A model generated the notes under the pieces. That model did not search any database and was not told where the DNA came from. It saw only the letters and a list, made by a program, of their open reading frames with translations. From the NCBI GenBank assembly GCA_963729715.1, contig CAVSPA010000007.1, positions 32,001 through 96,000 on the forward strand: a stretch of DNA of 64,000 nt, given 5' to 3'. Positions 33,779 to 44,175 of this stretch are shown here, in pieces (the first letter of the stretch is position 1; each line of letters opens with the position of its first letter). The translations under genes and the position numbers were made by a program. This stretch comes from an uncultured delta proteobacterium (GTDB taxonomy: Bacteria > Desulfobacterota > Syntrophia > Syntrophales > UBA2185).

Positions 33779-34501
33779 ATGATCCGGGCTTTATTTTTAG
33801 TGACGGTAGGCATAGCGGTCACTGCATTTATGTCCGGTTGTGCAGTTGCCTTTGGGTTTATTACCTCTGATGAAAATATGGTTCACAGGGTGGCAAATAT
33901 CTGGGCCAAGATGCTCCTTGCCGTCGCAAACACCAAGGTTGAGATTATCGGCGCTGAAAACATTTTGATGGGAAAACCACAAATCTTCATGGCGAATCAC
34001 CAAAGTGATTTCGACATACTGATCGTCCTGGCTCACCTGCAAGGCCAGTTCCGCTGGATAGTCAAAAAGGAACTATTCCAGATCCCCGTTTTTGGAAGAG
34101 CGATGCAAAGTGCGGGATATATAGAAATCGACAGAGAAGACCGTGAAAAGGCGATGATGAGCATTGACAAGGCGGCTATGAAGATCAGGGAAGGGAAATC
34201 AGTGATGTCTTTCCCCGAGGGAACAAGAAGCAAGGATGGTAAGATCAAGCCGTTCAAGCATGGCATGTTCTACCTTGCCATAAAGTCGGGCGTTCCTATA
34301 GTGCCTATATCCATCATAGGTGCAGGAGAAATCATGCCGAAGAGGTCCTTACGCATAAAACCCGGAAAAATCACCATGGTCATAGATAAGCCCATAGACG
34401 TCACAGGATATTCCATTGAGAACCGGCAGGAACTGATAGATAAGGTGCAGAATATCATCGTCAAAAATTATGAAGCTCCATCAATTGCACAAGCGGCATG
34501 A
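33779..34501 (+). CDS. plsC: 1-acyl-sn-glycerol-3-phosphate acyltransferase
   Basis: NHQSDFD (HX4D), FPEGTRS. Confidence 0.9.
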   Translation: MIRALFLVTVGIAVTAFMSGCAVAFGFITSDENMVHRVANIWAKMLLAVANTKVEIIGAENILMGKPQIFMANHQSDFDILIVLAHLQGQFRWIVKKELFQIPVFGRAMQSAGYIEIDREDREKAMMSIDKAAMKIREGKSVMSFPEGTRSKDGKIKPFKHGMFYLAIKSGVPIVPISIIGAGEIMPKRSLRIKPGKITMVIDKPIDVTGYSIENRQELIDKVQNIIVKNYEAPSIAQAA

Positions 34502-34640
34502 TCTATTAATATCCGGCGGCAATGCTGTTAATCGGGCACGCGGAGTGATATTCTCTCCCTCTACTTGATCTAATAGTAAATGACGCGTGACTGTGCTTTG
34601 GCACTCGTGGGATGCTGCAGTTAATTTATGAGATGAAGAA

Positions 34641-36839
34641 GTGAAATTGGACGACAGAAAATTAAAAGAAATATGGGGTGCGATTTGCCTGGCGAGCGCC
34701 ATTTTCTTGCTTCTGTGTTTAGCCTCCTACCATCCTCTTGATCCGTCGTTCACGCATTTTGTAACCGATAATACGAAGACGCACAACCTCATAGGTTCAG
34801 TGGGATCACATATAGCGGATTCCCTCATCAGGTTACTCGGCATAGGCGCATTTATCATTCCTTTTTTTCTTCTTATAGTCTCATTCAGGTATTTCCTCGA
34901 CGAACCTTTTAAGATCAACCTCGTAGGCATCGCGGGCCTTGGCGGTCTTATCCTTTCCACATCTGCCCTCCTTGCAACAAGCCTGGCAGATGTCCAGGTG
35001 TACGGCGTTAAACTCAGTACAGGAGGTCTGCTGGGAACTGTATCAGCAGAACTGCTGACTAATTACTTCGATCAGGCAGGCACGTATATCATCCTCTTGC
35101 TTGTCCTCATCATATCCCTGATTATCATAGTCAACTTATCCCTGGTTTCTGTGAGCAAGAGGTTTAACGGTATCTTTGTTTTTTTATGGGAAGGATTGAA
35201 AAGATTCACATCCCAAAAAACGGAGATGCTGAAAGAGCGAAGAGCAAGAGCAACCGAAAGAGAAAAAATCCCCAAGACAGTGCCCGTTATCGACGCCGCA
35301 TCGCCGTCTGTAGAAAGGATGAAACGGAAAAGGGCGGAGCAGACCAAGTTTGATTTCATTCAAAAGGAAGGCGCCTTCAAACTGCCGCCGCTGACACTCT
35401 TGGACCAAGTTGAGCGAAAAGATACAAGGATAAAGCGGGAAAGCCTCATCATGAATTCCCGGATCCTCGAAAAGAAGCTTGCCGATTTCGGCGTCGAAGG
35501 GAAAGTGGTGGAAGTCAAACCGGGTCCGCTTATCACCATGTATGAACTGGAGCCCGCACCCGGCGTAAAGATCACCAAGGTCACCAATCTATCCGACGAT
35601 CTCGCTTTAGCGCTGAGGGCGCCCAGCATCAGAATTGTCGCCCCCATTCCCGGAAAAGCGGTGATCGGCATTGAGATTCCCAACCACGAACGGGAGCCGG
35701 TACACCTGAAGGATGTTTTGGATAACGACGCCTTTCTCGAATCCCAATTCAAGCTCCCCATCGCCCTCGGAGAAGATATCATAGGGACCCCGGTAATCAC
35801 CGACCTTACCAGAATGCCTCACCTCCTGATAGCCGGCACGACAGGATCGGGGAAGAGCGTCTCCCTCAATGCCATGATCTGCAGCATCCTGTTCAAGACC
35901 CCTCCTGATGATACCAAGTTCCTCATGATCGACCCGAAGAGACTCGAACTATCTGCATATGAAGGGATACCGCACCTCCTGCACCCGGTCGTCGTCGACC
36001 CCAAGAGAGCCTCACAGGTTCTCAAGTGGGCCGTGGAAGAAATGGAAAAGCGGTACCAGACAATTGTCGAGCTCGGGGTCAAGAACATCGAGGCATATAA
36101 CAAGCTCATAGACAAAAAGCTGAAAGAGAAGACCATCCAGCCGCTCGGCGCCGCTGAAAAAGGGGAACCAGATAGCGAACTGCCGTCCAAATTGCCCTAT
36201 ATCGTGATCATCATCGACGAGCTCGCAGACCTGATGATGGTCGCGCAGAGAAACGTGGAAGAATCACTCGCCAGGCTGGCCCAGATGGCGAGGGCCGCGG
36301 GGATTCATTTGATATTGGCCACTCAGAGACCTTCCGTGGACGTAATTACGGGTGTCATAAAAGCAAACTTCCCCACGAGGATCTCATTTCAGGTGTCGTC
36401 TAAGGTTGACTCGCGGACGATCCTCGATCAGCTCGGCGCCGAAAATCTTTTGGGCTCCGGCGACATGCTCTTTATGCCACCCGGTACTTCGAAATTGACC
36501 CGCATTCACGGGCCATATGTGTCAGACAAAGAGATAGAAAGAATTGTGGAGTTCATAAAAAAACAGGCCAGGCCTTCCTACGACGAAACGATAACGGAAT
36601 ACCGGGCAGATTCATCGGACACAGAAAAATCGGACAGTGAATTTGACGAAAAATATGACGAAGCTGTCGAACTTATCACTGAGTTGGGACAGGCTTCAAT
36701 CTCTCTGGTACAGAGATACCTGAAAGTCGGATACAACCGCGCCGCCCGCATGATCGAACGCATGGAGGCGGAAGGGGTCGTTGGACCCTCCGACGGCGTC
36801 AAACCGAGAAAAGTGCTGGCCAGAAAGATCCCCCGTTGA
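34641..36839 (+). CDS. ftsK: DNA translocase FtsK
   Basis: N-terminal TM helices, AGTTGSGKS, IIDELAD, ATQRPSVDV, gamma domain GYNRAAR. Confidence 0.97.
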   Translation: MKLDDRKLKEIWGAICLASAIFLLLCLASYHPLDPSFTHFVTDNTKTHNLIGSVGSHIADSLIRLLGIGAFIIPFFLLIVSFRYFLDEPFKINLVGIAGLGGLILSTSALLATSLADVQVYGVKLSTGGLLGTVSAELLTNYFDQAGTYIILLLVLIISLIIIVNLSLVSVSKRFNGIFVFLWEGLKRFTSQKTEMLKERRARATEREKIPKTVPVIDAASPSVERMKRKRAEQTKFDFIQKEGAFKLPPLTLLDQVERKDTRIKRESLIMNSRILEKKLADFGVEGKVVEVKPGPLITMYELEPAPGVKITKVTNLSDDLALALRAPSIRIVAPIPGKAVIGIEIPNHEREPVHLKDVLDNDAFLESQFKLPIALGEDIIGTPVITDLTRMPHLLIAGTTGSGKSVSLNAMICSILFKTPPDDTKFLMIDPKRLELSAYEGIPHLLHPVVVDPKRASQVLKWAVEEMEKRYQTIVELGVKNIEAYNKLIDKKLKEKTIQPLGAAEKGEPDSELPSKLPYIVIIIDELADLMMVAQRNVEESLARLAQMARAAGIHLILATQRPSVDVITGVIKANFPTRISFQVSSKVDSRTILDQLGAENLLGSGDMLFMPPGTSKLTRIHGPYVSDKEIERIVEFIKKQARPSYDETITEYRADSSDTEKSDSEFDEKYDEAVELITELGQASISLVQRYLKVGYNRAARMIERMEAEGVVGPSDGVKPRKVLARKIPR

Positions 36840-38185
36840 AACACAGAAATGTTCACATCATAAGCCTGGGGTGTCCGAAGAATCTGGTCGACTCCGAGGT
36901 CATGGCTGCGCTCCTTGCAAGAGGCGGCTATAGCATGACCCCCCAGGCGGACGCGGCGCATATCATCCTGATCAATACCTGCTCCTTTATTCTTTCCGCA
37001 AAAGAAGAATCCATAGATGAAATCCTCAAGATGGCCGAGTGGAAAAAAAGGCAAAAGAGTGCCTGCACCCATTTGGTCGTTGCAGGATGTCTGCCCCAGC
37101 GATACGGAAAAGGTTTGGAAAAAGAGCTGCCGGAGGTAGACCTTTTCCTGGGGGTCGGGGAAATAGCAAACATCGTCCATCACCTAAACGGTTTGTCTCC
37201 GGCGGAAGTCCCGAGCAGCCGCTCTATCATCGGTAAACCCGACTTCCTGATGAATGCGCAAACTCCACGCTTGATAACTACGCCCTTTTACACCGGCTAC
37301 CTCAAGATCGCCGAAGGCTGCTCCAATCGCTGCTCCTATTGTGTAATTCCGACTATCCGGGGAAAGGCCAGAAGCCGGGAGATGGAAGACATCCTGATAG
37401 AAGCGGAATCCCTTGCTGCGCGCGGGGTAAAAGAGGTTATCATCACTGCCCAGGATACCACCGCCTATGGGCGCGACCTGAAAGGAAAACCGAATCTCGG
37501 CCATCTGCTTAGGGGACTCGCATCCATAAAGGGTATAAGCTGGATAAGGCTTCTGTACGCGCATCCCGCCGGTCTCACCGATGAGATATTTAAAGCCATG
37601 GCTGACTGTGAGAGTATATGCAATTATATAGATACCCCTATCCAGCATATCGACAACGACATCCTGACGGCCATGAAGAGACGCGGCGGCAGCGACCTGA
37701 TCAAGAACACCATCCGGAGGGCGAGGGAGATAGTCCCCGGCGTAGCGCTCCGGACATCCATCATCGTGGGATTTCCGGGAGAGACGCGCACAAAATTCAA
37801 TAAGCTCCTTTCCTTCATCAAGGAGACGCAGTTCGATCACCTGGGTGTTTTCACCTATTCGAAAGAGGAAGGCACAAAAGCCGCGTCCTATCCTTCACGG
37901 ATATCGGAAAGGGAAAAAGATCTGCGGAAACAGAATCTGATGGAAGAGCAGTCGGTTATTTCTTATCAAATCAATCAGACCCTGATCGGTTTGATCCAGG
38001 AGGTCCTCATCGAAGGAAGAAGTGAAATCCCCGATCATCCCTATGTCGGACGGTGCCAAAGGCAGGCTCCGGAAATTGACGGCGTAACTTACGTGAAGGG
38101 AGAAGGTCTTGCTACGGGAAACCTGCTCTTCTGCAAGATCACCGCGACCACTGAATATGATCTTTTCGCAGAAGCGTTAACTTAA
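36836..38185 (+). CDS. rimO: Ribosomal protein S12 methylthiotransferase RimO
   Basis: SLGCPKNLVDSE, NTC, CSNRCSYC, APEIDG TRAM domain. Confidence 0.95.
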   Translation: MKHRNVHIISLGCPKNLVDSEVMAALLARGGYSMTPQADAAHIILINTCSFILSAKEESIDEILKMAEWKKRQKSACTHLVVAGCLPQRYGKGLEKELPEVDLFLGVGEIANIVHHLNGLSPAEVPSSRSIIGKPDFLMNAQTPRLITTPFYTGYLKIAEGCSNRCSYCVIPTIRGKARSREMEDILIEAESLAARGVKEVIITAQDTTAYGRDLKGKPNLGHLLRGLASIKGISWIRLLYAHPAGLTDEIFKAMADCESICNYIDTPIQHIDNDILTAMKRRGGSDLIKNTIRRAREIVPGVALRTSIIVGFPGETRTKFNKLLSFIKETQFDHLGVFTYSKEEGTKAASYPSRISEREKDLRKQNLMEEQSVISYQINQTLIGLIQEVLIEGRSEIPDHPYVGRCQRQAPEIDGVTYVKGEGLATGNLLFCKITATTEYDLFAEALT

Positions 38186-38439
38186 CATATTTCTTCATCG
38201 TTTCCTTCGCAATGCGCCGATCTATAAAAATCAGCGGTCTTAAGCAATTTTCTGATTTTTTGGTTGACAATATGTGCAAAATGACATATGTCGCTTTTGA
38301 CTGTTATGTGGCTCTTTATTTGTGCTTCGCGAGTCCCCACGTTTTTTTGTAAACACCATTTTTTCATTATGTCTTCTAAATCTCAAAAGCAGGCATAAGT
38401 CTTTTGAGAAAAATACGCACGATGTTGAAAGGAGGTAAC

Positions 38440-39627
38440 ATGAAAGGCTCCGATGATTACAGTAAAGCTGTAAGCAATCATTATAAACAACTGATGGAGT
38501 ACTGTAAAATCAATCAGGAACGTTTGGACAGGGAGCTGCCACCGCCACGGGAAGACTTAAGGGAACTCTTGGCGGAGCGCGGCGTGAGCAGGAGGGATTT
38601 CATCAAATGGACTTCTATCATGACTTCCGCATTGATGCTGCCTCCTATGTTCCGTCCCGCAGTGGCCACGGCGGCGGAAAATTTCAGTCGCCTCCCCATT
38701 GCGTGGCTCCACTTCGCCGAATGCACGGGCTGCAGCGAGGCCTTCCTCCGCACCTCATACCCGAATGTCGCCGACATAGTGTTGGAAACCATATCTCTCG
38801 AATACCATGAGACGGTGATGGCAGCCGCGGGCAACCAGGCCGAACAGAACCTGGAAAAATGCATGAAAGATTTCAAGAAGAAGTTTGTCTGTGTCATCGA
38901 AGGGGCGCTACCGAGGGGGCTCAATGGACAATATCTGAGACTGGGTCCGAAGGGCAAAACGGGCATCCAAATAGCCAAAGAGGTAACCCGCAGCGCAGCG
39001 GCGACGGTTTGTATCGGCGCCTGTGCCTGCTACGGAAATATTCAGGCTGCAAGGCCCAATCCCACGGATTCCGCGGGCATCAGCAAGGTCCTTGGCATCT
39101 CTACCGTAAATATCGCCGGCTGCCCGCCGAATGCCGTTAATTTTGTTGGGACACTTCTTCACTATCTCATGTTTGGCGGCATGCCTCCCCTTGATTCCAT
39201 AGGAAGACCAATCTGGGCTTACGGACAGAGAATCCATGATGTCTGCGAACGCAGGTCTCACTACGACGCCGGAGAGTTCGTGGAAGAGTGGGGTGATGAT
39301 GGAGCGAAAAAAGGCTGGTGCTTGTACAACCAAGGATGCAAAGGCCCTTACACCTTTGCAAATTGCGGCAAAGTGCGTTTCAACGATGGCGTCTCCTGGC
39401 CTGTCATGGCCGGTCATGGTTGCATAGGCTGCACGGAACCCGGATTCTGGGATACCATGGCCCCGCTCGAAAAACCTATCCAAGAAGCTTCCATCGGAGG
39501 CGGGGAACGTACCGCCGACAATATCGGTCTGGTGTTAACCGGCCTGGCCGCGGCGGGTGTCGCAGCACATGCGGTTGCCAGTGCAATCCGTCACAAGGGA
39601 AAAGATGAGGAGGAGAAACATGACTAA
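38440..39627 (+). CDS. hydA: [NiFe]-hydrogenase small subunit (Tat-exported, C-terminal membrane anchor)
   Basis: GGAGG SD; SRRDFIK Tat motif; ECTGCSE, GCPP, HDVC, WCL...GCKGP, HGCIGC; C-terminal TM helix ending AAH. Confidence 0.95.
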   Translation: MKGSDDYSKAVSNHYKQLMEYCKINQERLDRELPPPREDLRELLAERGVSRRDFIKWTSIMTSALMLPPMFRPAVATAAENFSRLPIAWLHFAECTGCSEAFLRTSYPNVADIVLETISLEYHETVMAAAGNQAEQNLEKCMKDFKKKFVCVIEGALPRGLNGQYLRLGPKGKTGIQIAKEVTRSAAATVCIGACACYGNIQAARPNPTDSAGISKVLGISTVNIAGCPPNAVNFVGTLLHYLMFGGMPPLDSIGRPIWAYGQRIHDVCERRSHYDAGEFVEEWGDDGAKKGWCLYNQGCKGPYTFANCGKVRFNDGVSWPVMAGHGCIGCTEPGFWDTMAPLEKPIQEASIGGGERTADNIGLVLTGLAAAGVAAHAVASAIRHKGKDEEEKHD

Positions 39628-41296
39628 GAGAATCATTGTAGATCCCATCACCAGGATTGAAGGACATTTGAGAATAGAGTGCGAAGTAGATGACGGTAAC
39701 GTAATCAGGGACGCCTGGAGCACCATTACCCTGTGGCGCGGCATCGAGACAATACTTAAAGGACGGGACCCCCGGGATGCGGGACTTATTGTTCAGAGAT
39801 TCTGTGGAGTCTGCACCTATGTCCATTATGAGGCAAGCACCATGGCCTGCGAAGATGCATTCGGCATCAAGCCGCCCCCCAATGCCCGGATTATCAGAAA
39901 TTTAATTCAAGGATGCTGGTTTCTCGGCGATCACATCATGCATTTCTATCATCTGCATGGACTCGACTGGGTAGACATTGTGAGCGCCCTTTCCGCAGAC
40001 CCGAAGAAAGCGGTCGAGCTCGCCAAGAGCTACTGTCCCGATCCCTACAACTGCTCGGAAACGCATTACAAGGCCGTTCAGCAGAGACTTACAAAGTTTG
40101 TGAAATCGGGCCGCCTCGGACCTTTTGCGAACGCATACTGGGGAAATCCTTCCTACAAGCTTCCACCGGAGGCTAACCTGGTCATTGTCTCTCACTATCT
40201 GGATGCCCTTCAGGTATCCAAAGTAGCGGCACAGATGCAGACCATCTTCGGCGGAAAGAACCCCCATCCCCAATCCCTGGTGGTTGGTGGCGTGACATGC
40301 GTTATGGATGCTCTGGATGCGAACCGCCTCGGCCAGTATCTTTTCCGTCTGAAGGAATTGCAGAACTTCATTGAGACTGCCTACCTCCCCGACGTACTGC
40401 TCGCAGCGGCCTATTACAAAGGCGAAGGCGCGGCCGGAATCGGAGGAGGCGTGAAGAATTATTTGAGCTACGGCGGTTTCCCTCTTGACGACGATATGAA
40501 TACCTTCCTCTTCCCCAGGGGAGTCGTAAAGAACAGAGACATTGCAAAGCCCCTGAAGCTCGACGAGGAGAAGATAACGGAAGAAGTAACCCATGCCTGG
40601 TATAAGGGCACGGAGCCCCAACATCCCTTTAAGGGAACGACAGATCCGGACTATACAGGCTACGATGCCAACGGCAATGTTAAGGGAGGTGAAAAATATT
40701 CTTGGTGCAAGGCGCCAAGATATGACGGGCAGCCCCATGAAGTAGGCCCCCTTGCGCGCATGCTTGTCGGTTATGCCGTGGGGAACGAGAAAATCAAAGC
40801 CCTCGTTGATTCAACGCTCAAGGCAACGGGCATCCCCGTGTCGGCCCTCTTCTCCACCCTCGGAAGGACAGCGGCACGCTGCATAGAAACCAAATATGTA
40901 GCCGACCACATCGAGGGATGGGTCGGTGAACTCATCGCCAATATCAAGAAGGGGGATACACGGACCTGGACGCGTTGCGATGTCCCGAGCAAGCCTGCAC
41001 AGGGTCGCGGCATGACGGAACCGCCGAGAGGAGCGCTAGGCCACTGGATAAGAATTGAGAACAAGGTGATTGCAAATTATCAGGCCGTAGTCCCCTCCAC
41101 ATGGAATTGTTCCCCGAGGGACAAGGCGGGGAAACGAGGCCCCTATGAGGAATCACTCATTGGGACGAAACTCGCCAAAGTGGACCAGCCTCTCGAGATC
41201 CTGAGAACCATTCATTCCTTTGATCCCTGTATGGCCTGCGCGGTTCACATTGTCGATCCCAAGACCAATGAAATCAGGAAATTCAGGGTCGCCTAA
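39620..41296 (+). CDS. hydB: [NiFe]-hydrogenase large subunit, group 1b
   Basis: DPITRIEGH, L1 motif RFCGVCTYVH, L2 motif FDPCMACAVH plus cleavable tail; AGGAG SD before the ATG at 39620. Confidence 0.96.
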   Translation: MTKRIIVDPITRIEGHLRIECEVDDGNVIRDAWSTITLWRGIETILKGRDPRDAGLIVQRFCGVCTYVHYEASTMACEDAFGIKPPPNARIIRNLIQGCWFLGDHIMHFYHLHGLDWVDIVSALSADPKKAVELAKSYCPDPYNCSETHYKAVQQRLTKFVKSGRLGPFANAYWGNPSYKLPPEANLVIVSHYLDALQVSKVAAQMQTIFGGKNPHPQSLVVGGVTCVMDALDANRLGQYLFRLKELQNFIETAYLPDVLLAAAYYKGEGAAGIGGGVKNYLSYGGFPLDDDMNTFLFPRGVVKNRDIAKPLKLDEEKITEEVTHAWYKGTEPQHPFKGTTDPDYTGYDANGNVKGGEKYSWCKAPRYDGQPHEVGPLARMLVGYAVGNEKIKALVDSTLKATGIPVSALFSTLGRTAARCIETKYVADHIEGWVGELIANIKKGDTRTWTRCDVPSKPAQGRGMTEPPRGALGHWIRIENKVIANYQAVVPSTWNCSPRDKAGKRGPYEESLIGTKLAKVDQPLEILRTIHSFDPCMACAVHIVDPKTNEIRKFRVA

Positions 41297-41314
41297 AGGA
41301 AAGGGAGGACAACC

Positions 41315-41983
41315 ATGGAAATAAAACCTGTAAAAGAATGGTCTGCGGCAATCATGATCAACCATTGGGCCATGGCGTTATCCGTATTTGTCTTAATTGC
41401 AACAGGGTTTTATATCGCCGATCCCTGTACAATTTATCAAGGAGAGACAGTAGATAAGTTCTTCGTAGGAAATGTGAGATACGTGCACATCCTCTTCGGG
41501 ATATTCCTCATGTTCATTTTCATATGGAGGTTGTATCTCGCTTTCTTCTCGAGGTTTAATGCGGACTGGAAGGATTTCTTCGCATGGCTGGATTTCGAAT
41601 GCACATGGAAACAGATCAAATTCTATCTGCTCATCGAGAAGGAACCGCCGTCACATGAAGACTGCACCTATGGACCCATGCAATCCCTTGCGTATAGCGG
41701 TCTTTTTTTCATGATCTTCGTCATTCTCGTGACCGGTCTGATCCTCATGGGGGCGGGTTACCATGCTGGGTTGACCGCCTTCCTGTACAAGATCTTCAAG
41801 CCGGTGGAGAATATGCTGGGAGGCTTGGCGATGGTCCGCTACGTTCACCACATCTTCACGTGGCTTTTCATTCTCTTTATCATCGTGCATGTGTATATGG
41901 CATTCTGGTATGACGCCATATTGAAGGAAGGGACCGTATCTTCCATGATCAGCGGGGTGCTCTTCGAAAAAGAAGGGAAATAA
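41315..41983 (+). CDS. hydC: Hydrogenase cytochrome b subunit
   Basis: Four TM helices with heme-ligand His (NHW, YVH, HH, HVY); YGPMQ. Confidence 0.93.
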   Translation: MEIKPVKEWSAAIMINHWAMALSVFVLIATGFYIADPCTIYQGETVDKFFVGNVRYVHILFGIFLMFIFIWRLYLAFFSRFNADWKDFFAWLDFECTWKQIKFYLLIEKEPPSHEDCTYGPMQSLAYSGLFFMIFVILVTGLILMGAGYHAGLTAFLYKIFKPVENMLGGLAMVRYVHHIFTWLFILFIIVHVYMAFWYDAILKEGTVSSMISGVLFEKEGK

Positions 41984-42018
41984 GATATTCTCTTTTGCTT
42001 GACAGAAATTGATTCTTG

Positions 42019-42051
42019 AATGGGGGAGAAATGGGTATCATCTCCCCCATT
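42019..42051 (+). terminator. Intra-operon hairpin after hydC (terminator or mRNA stabiliser)
   Basis: AATGGGGGAGA / TCTCCCCCATT perfect 11-bp stem with a weak U tail. Confidence 0.55.
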
Positions 42052-42069
42052 GTCATTTCTACCGCTCAT

Positions 42070-42567
42070 ATGGGAAATAAAGATCGCATTACTATTCTCG
42101 GGTTGGGCAATATTCTTCTTCAGGATGAAGGATTTGGCGTCCATTTTGTGCGCTGGTTCGAGAATAATTATCGAGTCCCGGAAAACGTCAAGATCGTTGA
42201 AGGCGGCACCCTCGGCTACGGACTGCTCGATACAGTATGCAGTTGCGATAGACTTCTTGTTATCGACGTGATAAAAGCAAACGAAGAACCCGGGTCCGTC
42301 TACCGTTTCACAAAGGAAGAAGTTGATGCGCAAATGCTTGAACCAACTTCGGCCCATGAAGTATCGTTTCACGACGTGCTCTGCAAGGCGGAACTAATCG
42401 ACGAATTACCGGAATGCATTTTCCTCTGCATTGTTCCCTACAAATACAAAAATATGGGTCTTGAACTGACCCTCTCTATTAGAAATAAATTTTCTGACGT
42501 CGAAAGGCTTCTCTTAAAAGAACTTTCTTTACGCGGCGTGAGACCGCTGAAGTTGAACCATGCATGA
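42070..42567 (+). CDS. hydD: Hydrogenase maturation endopeptidase (HyaD/HybD/HydD)
   Basis: LGLGNILLQDEGFGV, EGGTLG, SAHE. Confidence 0.92.
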   Translation: MGNKDRITILGLGNILLQDEGFGVHFVRWFENNYRVPENVKIVEGGTLGYGLLDTVCSCDRLLVIDVIKANEEPGSVYRFTKEEVDAQMLEPTSAHEVSFHDVLCKAELIDELPECIFLCIVPYKYKNMGLELTLSIRNKFSDVERLLLKELSLRGVRPLKLNHA

Positions 42568-42904
42568 GCTCTCCATCATCCGGTCAATTCTGGATATAAT
42601 TGAAGAATACGCAGAGGAATATCGATTCAGCAAAGTGAAGTCCATGAAGATTTCGTTCGGACGGCTGTCCTGCATTGAACCACAGGTGCTCGAATTCACC
42701 TTCGACATCCAGTCGAGCGGCACGAAGGCGGAAGGGGCAGCGCTCGAATTTGATATTAAACCGATCATCATTCACTGCTTTTCCTGTGAAAAAGATGTTG
42801 AACTCGAACAATATGCTGCGGAGTGCCCGCATTGTAAAGGCTCTGAAGTGCTACTTGCAGGCGGAACGGAAGAGATTCAACTTCTCGAGATAGACGTAGA
42901 TTAG
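42560..42904 (+). CDS. hypA: Hydrogenase nickel metallochaperone HypA
   Basis: MHELS, CFSC...CPHC. Confidence 0.96.
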   Translation: MHELSIIRSILDIIEEYAEEYRFSKVKSMKISFGRLSCIEPQVLEFTFDIQSSGTKAEGAALEFDIKPIIIHCFSCEKDVELEQYAAECPHCKGSEVLLAGGTEEIQLLEIDVD

Positions 42905-42916
42905 GAACTGGTAAAT

Positions 42917-43147
42917 ATGTGCCTTGGATTTCCGGGAAGAATCATATCCATTGACGAAGACAATATCGCCATTATAGATATCAGCGGCACCAGGCGGGAA
43001 GTCTGTCTCGATATAGTCGATGAGGATGTTGCAATCGGAGACTATGTGATAGCTCATGCGGGCTATGCCATTCACAAGATCAATGAAGCACTCGCTTTGG
43101 AAAAGTTGGATCTGCTAAAAGAGATCATAGAAAAAGAGATATATTGA
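42917..43147 (+). CDS. hypC: Hydrogenase assembly chaperone HypC
   Basis: MCLGFPG, GDYVIAHAGYAI. Confidence 0.96.
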   Translation: MCLGFPGRIISIDEDNIAIIDISGTRREVCLDIVDEDVAIGDYVIAHAGYAIHKINEALALEKLDLLKEIIEKEIY

Positions 43148-43162
43148 AAATAGTAAGGAGAA

Positions 43163-43831
43163 ATGCATTTGTCCAAGATAACAGTGGTAAAAAACATCCT
43201 CGATGCAAATGACAGGATTGCCGAAGAAAACAGGAAGATATTTGATAAAGATAAAATATACGTCCTTAATCTGATGAGTTCCCCCGGCGCAGGGAAAACC
43301 TCACTTGTGGAGAGAACGATCGCTGCCGTTCAGGGTAAATATAAAATCGGCGTCATTGAAGGGGATATCCAGGGTTCCTCTGATGCGGAAAGAATCGCCA
43401 GACTGGGAGTCCCGGTAGTTCAGATTAACACCGGAGGGGCATGCCACATAGACGGCAATATGATCCGCGAAGCCCTGCCGGGCCTTGATCTCACGAAGAT
43501 TGATCTTCTTATTGCCGAGAATGTGGGCAACCTCGTATGCCCGGCTGAGTTCAAGATCGGTGAGAATGTAAAGGTGATGGTTCTGAGCACCCCGGAAGGT
43601 TCTGACAAGCCGGCGAAGTACCCCCTCATGTTCCAGCAGTCGGAGGCCATGATCATCAACAAGATAGATCTGCTTCCCTATGTGGACTTCGATATGGTCA
43701 AGGCAAAGAAAGACGCCCTTATCCTCAACCGTAATCTTAAAATATTTGAGGTATCGTGCAAAACGTCGGCAGGTCTTAAAGACTGGTTCGACTGGCTCTC
43801 GAACCGCATTGAATCTTTTCGATCGAAATGA
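43163..43831 (+). CDS. hypB: Hydrogenase nickel incorporation GTPase HypB
   Basis: SSPGAGKT, GACH, ENVGNLVCPA, NKIDL. Confidence 0.97.
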   Translation: MHLSKITVVKNILDANDRIAEENRKIFDKDKIYVLNLMSSPGAGKTSLVERTIAAVQGKYKIGVIEGDIQGSSDAERIARLGVPVVQINTGGACHIDGNMIREALPGLDLTKIDLLIAENVGNLVCPAEFKIGENVKVMVLSTPEGSDKPAKYPLMFQQSEAMIINKIDLLPYVDFDMVKAKKDALILNRNLKIFEVSCKTSAGLKDWFDWLSNRIESFRSK

Positions 43832-44175
43832 AGTGTCCTGGAAATCTTCTTCTCAGAAAGATCCCAGCAAAAAGAAAAACTCGGGGCATATACCTACTCG
43901 CCCATTTCGTCTAATTAATTTCCCATCTGAAAACCTAAACTGATCAAATTCATGAATTGATACACCAATATTTAATAAAAATAATTTGTATTACGTTGGC
44001 GCAGGCAGGAATAATCCGGTATCCGTAGCTTAGTGACATATATGCTAAGATAGTGAAGAGGAATCTATTGAAGAAAAGATGCAAGCTTGACCTCAAGGGG
44101 CATTTATGAGAAAAAGCAATGTCCTTTGCTCCCATAAATATGCGCATTTCTCGGAAAATATTTGCAGTGTTCATC

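Noticed and set aside
41220..41250. Possible selenocysteine ([NiFeSe]) hydrogenase
   Set aside because: The L2 motif is DPCMAC with TGT/TGC codons, and there is no in-frame TGA.
43943..44049. Palindromes AATTCATGAATT and CTTAG..CATATATG.CTAAG upstream of the kinase-like gene
   Set aside because: AT-rich and plausible by chance; not the same motif as the hydA palindrome.
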